NCBI GenBank assembly: GCA_002269645.1
Contig: NIVC01001386.1
Span: forward strand, 1 to 15,617
Origin: Macrostomum lignano
Lineage: Eukaryota
Reading direction: 5' to 3'
DNA: 15,617 nucleotides
The notes under the pieces were generated by a model. It ran no database searches, was not told the origin of the DNA, and saw only the letters and a list, made by a program, of their open reading frames with translations. Both the position numbers and the translations under genes were made by a program. Shown here piece after piece: positions 1-9,500 of the stretch (position 1 is its first letter; every line of letters starts with the position of its first letter).

Positions 1-24
1 ACAATGGTCAGGATTTGGCTATAG

Positions 25-1141
25 GGGATACAACATTTGCTTATGGGAAGTTGCTTGCCAAACTTTGTTTGCCAACTTTGTTTGCAGGAATTTTGCCTGC
101 CAAACTTTGCTTGAAGAATTTTTGTTTGCTTCCTAGAAAAATCACAATCACAATTGTAAGGTTTTAACTTGTCAAATTATTTTCTTGTTTGTTTGTTTTA
201 TTGATTGCTTGTAAAGTTGGTCAGTCAATTATTACTTACTACAGATGCTTTGCAAATGGATTCTTATCAGCATCAACATAAACTGACTTGACACTAAGCT
301 TTCAAACTAGGCTTACAGAGTTTCATTCTAAGAATTTAGTATATAGAAAATGATTAGAGATTTAGTATAGTAAATTGGGATTGGTAACAGTATAAATCTT
401 TGTAAGTTCCTGATTTCAGCACGATTGAGCAGGTATGATAATTGTAGTGATGCTAATATATAATAATGCAAATACTAATAATAATTATAGCAGTAATTAT
501 AATAACAAGTATAGGTACCTGTCACCAAGGAATGAAAGTTAAAAATAGAACCAAAGTGACAAATTATTAATCAGTTTTCACTTAATTTATGGCACAAGTT
601 TATGCAAACAAGGACTAAGTAAATATACAATTTTTTTATTAATACTAATGATTACTAACACATATAATTACTTAGTTACTATCACTTATTAGTTTGTAGT
701 TATAAGCAGAGTGTTTTCAAATCCTAACAAGTCATGATTTGTAGCAATTCACAGATTGGAGGTACATCCATTTGCAAAAAAATCTATTCTATACATTTTG
801 TTGCCTAAATCATTTGATATGTGCATTGTTTGACATTGTGTCCAATTTTTTTGTTGAAAATATTATTTCCAGTAAAAAACTAAACTATTCTATTTCTGCA
901 TTAGGGCTTTTCAAATCTGCCATATCATCATACAAAATCATAAACAATATAGGCAACTTCCACAAATCTTAGTAAATGAAAAAATTAGAAATACAAGAGC
1001 TCAAAAATAGTTTCTTGAAGGTTTCTTGAAAATTCTTGAAAATTTCTGCAAGCAAACTTCAGCAAGCTTATGTGTAGCAAGCAAATTTCCTATAAGCAAA
1101 ATTTGGCAAGCAAACTTCTCACAAGCGAATTTCATAGACCT
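25..1141 (+). mobile_element. Decayed non-autonomous foldback/MULE-like DNA transposon, older relative of the 6923-7583 element
   Basis: The left end GGGATACAACATTTGC (25-40) resembles the young copy's left end GGGATAGCGACGTTTGC. The right end CATAGACCT (1133-1141) resembles the young copy's CGTAGACCC. Degenerate ~14-15-bp subterminal units occur in inverted orientation (TTTGCTTGCC-type at ~37-130; GCAAGCAAA-type at ~1045-1130). Flanks GGCTATAG (17-24) and TGCTATAG (1142-1149) are a 7/8 match, consistent with a TSD. Confidence 0.55.
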
Positions 1142-1978
1142 TGCTATAGTTATACCTTTAAAGACACTGGCAGTCTAGTATTGAATCTGTTAATTTCTAA
1201 GGGCTTAAGATTACATTGCAAAAGCATATAATTGTATTAGCTTGAGCTAAAAATTACAATAAAGGAATGAAGGCCCAATTGCAATGCATAAAACTTTTGG
1301 CAGATAGTGTTTAGGATAAATTAGCTTGGTAGTAGCATGGCATATTATGACACAGCATAATGTAAAGGTAGTTAAGAAGAGTCTAATTGCACTTAAGTTG
1401 TGCATTGCAATTGAATATAATAAGAACTATCAATTCCCATGGACTAAGATCTAGTCTAGCTAGGCACTTCAAGTAATGGCACAATGATGATAAAGAAAAA
1501 TCTAGCAATAGCTTCTTGAGTCTCCTATTAAGCCTTTATTACTTAGTATAAGAGTTAGAAATCTGTTAGAAATCTGAAGTTTTGACCCTAAGTTAAGAAG
1601 ATAGGTAGAAATTTATGAAATGCCAGGCGCAGTGAAGGGTGAGGCAGAAGAGCACAATGGAACCCCTAGATAGCTATTAGAAGGGCAAACAGAAGCAGTT
1701 CTAAGATAATTCACCAACTGTCAAGTCAATTTGAATAGCCAAATCTAATAAAGCCCCTTTCCATTCCAGTCAGTAGCAACAACCCTACTACATGAACAAT
1801 TTCGAATAAACCAGCTAGGAAAAGCAAACTGAGCAACAGCCTGACCTAGAGAACAATGCTGCATGTGGCAGACTCTGGTGCACCCTAAGGGAGAAAATGT
1901 GAGGCCTATCTATAGATTCCTACCCAACTTGAACTGGCCCAAGAAAGTGAGATCAACCCCAAACAGCTCGACAACCAA

Positions 1979-1998
1979 GAGAGAGAGAGAGAGAGAGA
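1979..1998. repeat. (GA)10 microsatellite
   Basis: Read directly from the sequence. Confidence 0.85.
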
Positions 1999-2033
1999 AG
2001 ACTGTTTAATCATCCATAGACAGAGTTAAGGGG

Positions 2034-2216
2034 GGCCGTAGCCCAGCAGTAGCGCAGCTGCTCTGGTGTGCCAGCAACCCAGGCTCAATTCCAAGTGCAG
2101 TCACATTAATTTGGGGCTGAATTGGAATCTTGGCTTGGCTCTGCTTGTGCAATTAATGGCCTTGAGAGCCAACTACCCAAGGCGCAGTGAAGTGTACATG
2201 CCTAGCAATAAAAAAA
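2034..2216 (+). mobile_element. Degenerate tRNA-derived SINE-like element or tRNA pseudogene with A-rich tail
   Basis: A-box-like TAGCCCAGCAG (2039-2049) and B-box-like GGCTCAATTCC (2082-2092). GGCCGTA (2034-2040) pairs 6/7 with TGCAGTC (2096-2102), followed by a discriminator-like A. AATAAAAAAA tail at 2207-2216. T-arm pairing is broken, so this is not a functional tRNA. Confidence 0.4.
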
Positions 2217-3612
2217 GTTAGGGCTGCTATACACTCTTGTGTGAGTGTGTGCCTACGTACGTATCGCGCGCTTGTATGCCTGCTCAGGGGAGTCAGCGGA
2301 ATGGGCAGTAATGCCTCTCGCCGGTTGTGTGCCCATGTCGCTTAAAGTGCGCCAAGGTGCACACAACCCCTCTGCCTCCAATAAAAAAATGGACAAAGTT
2401 AAGAGATGGAAAATTAAGGTCTTTTTAAATAATCTCTCTATCCCAAATTTTGTCCAACTCAATTCTTAGATTTGCGAAACCCTGAATATATAATCTGTAA
2501 CCTTCACACTTAGCAACCCACTAAAACTAACTAAATTCATGTACAACTAGGGGACTGAGTCCCAGATTTGTGTTGCTTAAAAAAACCCCAGCTGTTGCTA
2601 ACCACGCGAAGATACCCACTGGTGGCAGGGGAGGTCAAAAATGCTAATTGGTATAAATAGATGCCCATCTCAAACTGGAGTGGCGCTTTGTTTTTTGTGC
2701 AGTTTTCAATCTCAAATTGTTCCCTTTGAATTGGTCTCTGGATTATCCAGTGGGCACAAGTCAAAGTCTTCAATATAATTGTTTGTCTTAACTATTGCAT
2801 TGAGCAAATCCTAGAAAGAATCAAACTTGGCTTAGATACTAGGAGATCCCGTCAGTTTAGATGGTTTCCTCTGATAGCCTGACTGAAGAAATTAGAGCCA
2901 TACAAACCTTAGACTGCTAGACATCTATCTTAAGAAAATGAGAATACAAACTCAAAGGCTCCAGAGAAAAACACGTATACCTAGTCTAATACCTATATTA
3001 CTAGGTCCCCAAATACAATCTTACCATTTTGTTGATTTCTTATTATTTTTAACTTAAAATCAGAAGATACGGATTCTTTTGGTGATACTTTTTTGGTTAA
3101 CAAATGAAAGATTTAGTGAATAATCATTTTTGTAATAAGACACATTTTTTATATTAGTTATAAAAGTATATTTATTTATTTTGTCATTTTGGTAAACAAA
3201 GTTTTATTAATAGGGGCCTATATTTAAGAAAATAGCAATATTGCTTAATGTATCAGCAAGTTATTTAAAGTCAACCTAGAATACTCGAATTCTAATTCTG
3301 ATTTGTAATTATTTTTAAATAATCCTAGGTAAATATATAATATCAAAAGGAGAAAGACACAAATATTTGCATTATTTGTATTAAGTAATATCTAATCATT
3401 AATCAATTTGTCTATAATTAGTTTGTCTGCAAAATAACTAAATGAGCATTTTGTCCACCATGTTGCCTTTTTGTCTACACTTAGTTATACTATTTAATCT
3501 AAACAGTTAAACAACTTTTAATAATGGCACTGTCAATTAGCACATATTTAAAGGTATAAACATTGTCATTAGTGAACTAACAATGTAACTGACAACTGAC
3601 AAGACAACTTAC

Positions 3613-3740
3613 AATGTAACATTGCCATTTCCACGAATTATAATTGGATCAGGTTGCGGCAATTGATCTAAGATAACACGATCAATGTCGTCTTCATCAA
3701 CGACATCGATTGCATCCAGATTGACATCATTACTAGTCAT
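3613..3740 (-). CDS. CHIC2: Cysteine-rich hydrophobic domain protein (CHIC1/CHIC2 family), first coding exon; remaining exons not found in the window
   Basis: Minus-strand translation from the ATG at 3740 gives MTSNDVNLDAIDVVDEDDIDRVILDQLPQPDPIIIRGNGNVT plus 2 nt, followed by a consensus donor GTAAGT (3612-3607). The acidic N-terminus and PDPIIIRGNGNVT match the CHIC motif PDPVVVRGSGHVTV (recalled from human CHIC2). The exon is too short to appear in the ORF track. CHIC1 versus CHIC2 is not resolvable for an invertebrate. Confidence 0.8.
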
Positions 3741-3830
3741 TATTCAAAAGAAAAAGGTAAACCAAAATATCTGCCGAAAATTAGCTGAAATCAATCAAAA
3801 ATCGTCACCCAACGGATTCAAACCGCAGAT

Positions 3831-3863
3831 CTTAAAACTGGATCCAGTCCTTAAAACTGGATC
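3831..3863. promoter_or_regulatory. Candidate promoter element: direct repeat with embedded palindrome
   Basis: CTTAAAACTGGATC occurs twice (3831-3844 and 3850-3863). A perfect palindrome ACTGGATCCAGT lies at 3837-3848. The motif is ~90 bp upstream of the CHIC ATG, between divergent genes. Function is inferred from position only. Confidence 0.25.
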
Positions 3864-4583
3864 TGTTTGAAATTTGTGTAGTGTTAACGTCTTTTAAAAT
3901 ACCTACCTAAACTAATAGAAGCAATTAATACAATTATAGGTTTTAAGTTAATATCATACAGCAAAACTAGGCATGAATAAGATGAAGACTCAAGCTAGGT
4001 AATAGCGCGATTACCAGATTTAACAAACAAAACAGCTTTAAACAGTTTTTACTGGGTCAGATAAAGAAGTAAAAACACTTGTTTGCCAGTTATTTTTCTG
4101 TTTTCGTGATTGTCGTTAGGTTCTTTCCAGGAAAATAAAAAAGTTAAAAATATTTACTTTAATTTAAACGGTTAAACAACAAAAGAAACGTAGAAACATT
4201 ATTGGTTTGGTAATGTTATGAATGTTTTGCATATTTTGCAAAAGTTTTTTTTCTGTGATGGAAATATACTTTGTATTCAGAATAACCTGATAAAACATTG
4301 TACTATTTACATTGGAAGGCTGCTGTTTAACGTAAAGGTTTGGAAACATTTGCATCCCTCTAGTCTTGACATTTTGCTTTTATCTTGTTCATTTGAAGTC
4401 CTCCACTCAAGTAATGCAAGACTTTTTTGGCTTCTGTCGATTTCCTTGCTAGTATGCTCCGAAATCCATTTTATTTTATCAATTTAGTTATAATAGGGAA
4501 GAACTAAAACAATAAGTTCATCTAAACAATTTTAATTTTAATTTTAATTTTCAATTTTAATAAGTTTATCTAAACAACAATAA

Positions 4584-5088
4584 AGTGGAACTTTTTACCT
4601 TTCATATTTGTTAACATTTCACTTTAGACAAGCTTCTTGATTTTATATTCATTTTAGAAAGATAGACAGGACATTTAAAATCCAAACTATTCTTGATTGG
4701 GCTAGCTTACTAGCTTCCTAGCTATAGTTTGTCTACTTATTTTTTTAGTAAATATGATTTTATTATAGAACTGCGTCACATTAACTTGACTTTTATGGTC
4801 AGATGAACTTAACTTATCTATTTTGTGAATAATTGTAAACAATTGTTTGTCTAAGAGTGTTTTCAATTCTCAATTGACTTTTGTATTCTTTTTTATAATT
4901 TCATTGGTTGACTGTCTTAATGAATGCTAAAAATAATCTGAAATCATCAAAAATTCAAAACAAAAAATAACTTAGCTTATAATTTTTCAGCAGTGGAACT
5001 TTTTACCTTTCATATTTGTTAACATTTCACTTTAGACAAGCTTCTTGATTTTATATTCATTTTAGAAAGATAGACAGGACATTTAAAA
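4584..5088 (+). repeat. Exact 97-bp direct repeat pair (4584-4680 and 4992-5088)
   Basis: Base-by-base comparison shows AGTGGAACTTTTTACC...GGACATTTAAAA is identical in both copies, offset 408 bp. Confidence 0.95.
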
Positions 5089-5366
5089 GACCAGTCTTGT
5101 CGTTGAATAATATAAGAACTTTGTTTATGTGTCTTTTCGTTGTATATTCTGAATTAAAACTATTTGTATGGTATCTGTCTTTTGTAAAGCCTTTTGGATA
5201 TTTCTGTATTATTTGGCCTAAGAGTTAAAAACAGAATTGCTTGTTCTTTTCAAAAAATTATATTTAAAAATGAATTGCACTCCTTTTTAAGCTTAAAGTT
5301 GCATTGTGGAAAATATGCAGCACCAATCCACACTTTAATGCGCTATCAATCGCGAACCCTGTCATT

Positions 5367-6582
5367 ATGAACTTCGGTCGCAGCGCCGATCCATTCGGAT
5401 TCAACAGCGTCGATCAGGACGTTGGCATGGGACTGCAGCGCGGCTTTGCTGTCGACTTTGACGCGGCCGCAGTTCAGCCGCCAGCAAATGCCAGCACAAC
5501 CTTTGACGCCGACAATGGCACCAGCGGCTACGGGATTGCCCGGTCCGACAGCCCCTACCGACTGGCTGAGCAGCAGCAGCAGCAGTCAGCAGCCGGAGAC
5601 GACGAATTTGACTTTCAGCTGAACTTTGCCGACCAGCAGCAGGCAGCTCGGGAGCAGACCAACGAGCAGGAGCAGCAAAGTCGACTTGAGCCGATCGACC
5701 TACTAGCTGGATTGCGCAGCGATGAGGCGCCAACCGCTGATTCTATGGATGCTGGCGGGGCTGTCGAAATGGCAACTGGGACAGAAATTGAAGCAAAATC
5801 TGTCGAGATTAATAGCCCCGCTAAGAGTTCAACAACTGGTCCTGGGGATGGTCCCACAACTGGTCCTACTGGTCCCACAACTGATCCTACTGGCCCTACA
5901 ACTGGCCCTACAACTGGCCCTACAACTGGCCCTACAACTGGCCCTACAACTGGCCCTATAACTGATCCTACTGGCCCTACAACTGGTCCTACAACTGGCC
6001 CTACAACTGGCCCTACAACTGGCCCTATAACTGATCCTACTGGCCCTACAACTGGTCCTACAACTGGTCCTACTGGTCCTACAACTGGCCCTACAACTGG
6101 TCCTAAAACTGGTCCTACTGGCTCTACAACTGGCCCTACAACTGGCCCTACAACTGGCCCTACAACTGGCCCTATAACTGATCCTACTGGCCCTACAACT
6201 GGTCCTACAACTGGTCCTACAACTGGTCCTACTGGTCCTACAACTGGCCCTACAACTGGTCCTAAAACTGGTCCTACTGGCTCTACAACTGGCCCTACAA
6301 CTGGCCCTACAACTGTTCCTACAACTGATCATACTGGTCCTACAACTGGACCTACTACTGGTCCACTATCCAGTTATCCAAGTCCAGTCACTAAGTCGCT
6401 GGCAACCGCAGCCGCCTCAGCAGAGACCGACTCGAGTAGCCCTTCAAAATATGCCACAGCCGCCACCGCGGCCAACTTCAGTGATGAAGCGCCTTCAGCG
6501 GAGCTGCAGCCCGAGCTCGAATCTGGTCATTCCGACTGGAATAATGTGCCGCAAGTAACGCTCAAATATGCCAAAGATGAAG
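5367..6582 (+). CDS. ELMOD3: ELMOD3-like coding exon 1 (low-complexity N-terminal extension with PTTG repeat)
   Basis: First in-frame ATG (5367) of ORF 5304-6632; the track's start at 5304 is TTG. The exon ends ...KDE-G at donor GTGAGA (6583), phase 1, and joins 7738 as [18 protein letters not shown] near its end parallels EWEAV of vertebrate ELMOD3 (recalled). The start codon is less certain than the 3' boundary. Confidence 0.72.
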
Positions 6583-9500
6583 GTGAGATTATTTGGCCTT
6601 GCTTTTCCAGAAAAGTACAACTGCTGAGCTAGGCAGATTCATGGGCTGCACGGGCTGCTTTTGACTAAAAAAAGCTTCGCAAAAAATCTGTGCAGAAATG
6701 AGACGCGCTTTGCTAAAGGATCCCTGTACAACAATACAATAGTGTGACAATACGTAAAAATGAAAGATCGTGTAACTTTTTGAGGACCAAATTCCTGGAA
6801 AAATACACTGCGGAGATAGGAAAAAATCATATTAATGATTGCATCTGATCTGGGGCAGTGAAGATTGTCATTCTTTTAACTGGCAATTTTATGTTTAGCC
6901 GTGTAGTAAAGCTTAAATTTTCGGGATAGCGACGTTTGCCTGCGGGACGCTTGCCAGCCGACGTTTGCCTGCGGGACGTTTGCCAGCCGACGTTTGCCTG
7001 CGGGACGTTTGCCAGCCGACGTTTGCCTGCGGGACGTTTGCCAGCCGACGTTTGCCTGCGGGACGTTTGCCAGCCGACGTTTGCCTGCCGGAAGTTTGCC
7101 AGCCAAAATTTGCTAGCCAATATAAAGCCAGTCAGTGAAAAATTTGATACTGAAATATTCGCAGTTTAGCGGTTTGACAAAAACCGTTTTTACTCCAACT
7201 TTTTGACGGTTATTCGCATATATACAAGTTTGAAAGCAAAATATATAAATTATGCAGTTCATCAGTCTAACGTCTAATATCTAGTTTACCAACGATTTTG
7301 GCTCAACATATCAAAAGATGAACATTGGGTTTATATATTTTGCTTTCAAACTTGTATATATGCGAATAACTGTCAAAAAGTTGGAGTAAAAATGGTTTTT
7401 GTCAAACCGCTAAACTGCGAATATTTCAGTATCAAATTTTTCACTGACTGGCTTTATATTGGCTAGCAAATTTTGGCTGGCAAACTTCCGGCAGGCAAAT
7501 GTCGGCTGGCAAACGTCGGCTGGCAAATGTCGGCTGGCAAACGTCCCGCAGGCAAACGTCCCGCAGGCAAACGTCGTAGACCCAAATTTTCATATAATAT
7601 TTTCTTGCCATTTCATAATCTCCTGCTATACTACGAGTGCAGTGGTCCTTGGCAATTTTTTTAAAAGCTAGTTTTTCAAAATTCTTCTAAAAAAAGATTT
7701 TTTTCATCTTGTTAAACTGCAATAAATTTTCAAACAGTGGAAGACGAGTCGGACGAGGACGAGGAGGCGTCTGCAGCAGCCGTCGGGCAGGCGGCTCCGG
7801 CCGCCAGCCTGGCCGAGTGCGTGGCCCACTTCGAAGCGGCAGGAATTCTCGGACAGTACAGGGCCGGCATTCAAACCCGGGTGGAGCAGAGGGGCCTGGC
7901 CGCGCTGCGCAACTTTCTGTGCGGGCCGCCCCGCCTGAGGGGGGCGTTGAGAGACCGGAGAGACTTCGTGTTCTGCCTGGCCTGCTGTGAGCGTGGCAAA
8001 GGCGATTTTCGACAGATACCCAATGAGGCACCCACAGATACCCAATGAGGCACCCACAGATACCCAATGAGGCACTCCACAGATACCCCATGAGGCACCC
8101 CACAGATACCCAATGAGGCACCCCACAGATACCCAATGAGGCACCCCACAGATACCCAATGAGGCACCCCACAGATACCCAATGAGGCGTCTCACAGATA
8201 CCCAATGAGGCATCTCACAGATACCCAATGAGGCATCTCACAGATACCCAATGAGTCATCTCACAGATACCCAATGAGGCACCCCACAGATACCCAATGA
8301 CCCAATGAGGCACCCACAGATACCCAATGAGGCACCCACAGATACCCAATGAGGCACCCACAGATACCCAATGAGGCACCCACAGATACCCAATGAGGCA
8401 CCCACAGATACCCAATGAGGCGTCTCACAGATACCCAATGAGGCACCCCACAAATACCCAATGAGGCACCCCACAGATACCCTGTAGGTTGCAACAGATA
8501 GCTAAAAAAGAGTTTGCCACCCCCCTGACACTCAGCTTAACACCCCTGAAACAACAACTTGACACCGCATTTCAGGTCCGTTCGACGAGCGAGACGAAGT
8601 TCACCAGCGGATGCTTGCCACGGTGTACCGCGGCCTCCTGCAAGACCCTCGCCGGCCGTGTCCCAGATTCGGTGCCCACTGGGAGGCTGTCGGCTTTCAA
8701 GTGAGCCTTTTTGATTCCATTTTTACTTATTTTCTACGTGTTGCTAGTGAAGTCTAGTTATGCTACTGAGTGTATTCAGTTAGTAGGCGATTTTGCAAAC
8801 GGCCGCTATTTCTTGAAAACAGACGCACTTTCCGGATAGTTGTAATTTGGAATACCATAATTTAGCCATTGAAAGAGGATGGGGAATCGAGGATGGGGAA
8901 TCGAGGATGGGGAATCGAGGATGGGGAATCGAGGATGGGGAATCGAGGATGGGGAATCGAGGATGGGGAATCGAGGATGGGGAATCGAGGATGGGGAATC
9001 GAGGATGGGGAATCGAGGATGGGGAATCGAGGATGGGGAATCGAGGATGGGGAATCGAGGATGGGAATCGAGGATGGGGAATCGAGGATGGGGAATCGAG
9101 GATGGGGAATCGAGGATGGGGAATCGAGGATGGGGAATCGAGGATGGGGAATCGAGGATGGGGAATCGAGGATGGGGAATCGAGGATGGGGAATCGAGGA
9201 TGGGGAATCGAGGATGGGGAATCGAGGATGGGGAATCGAGGATGGGGAATCGAGGATGGGGAATCGAGGATGGGGAATCGAGGATGGGGAATCGAGGATG
9301 GGGAATCGAGGATGGGGAATCGAGGAATGCATCATTTCGCCAACCGCCGCAGGGCAGCGACCTGACCTTCGCGGCTGCGGCATGCTGGGCCCGCTCTGCC
9401 TGCTGCACCTGGTGACGTCACCGCGCCTCGCCAGCCTCCGCGCCGACGCTTTCCGCCTATCGCTAGACGCCGAGCAGAATTATCCATTCTGCGTGATGAG

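Noticed and set aside
1726-1746. Possible CHIC exon 2 (minus strand AG|A TTT GGC TAT TCA AAT gives FGYSN, like FGLSN)
   Set aside because: In-frame TGA after five codons and another shortly after, no polypyrimidine tract, and no further similarity. Real exon 2 probably lies beyond the window start.
2034-2103. Functional tRNA gene
   Set aside because: T-stem and anticodon arm do not pair properly and the T-loop lacks TTC; treated as a pseudogene/SINE head.
2540-2780. Possible decayed LINE ORF2 C-terminus on the minus strand (...QIWDSVP, cf. WNSLP)
   Set aside because: Multiple stops and only a weak motif; cannot be supported without a profile search.
3685-3870. Plus-strand 61-aa ORF
   Set aside because: Antisense shadow of CHIC exon 1 and its 5' flank; no coding signal of its own.
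4584-5088. TRIM/solo-LTR interpretation of the 97-bp direct repeat
   Set aside because: No TG...CA termini, primer-binding site, polypurine tract or TSD visible.
5401-6332. Alternative-frame and antisense ORFs over ELMOD3 exon 1
   Set aside because: By-products of GC-rich coding sequence and the triplet-based PTTG repeat.
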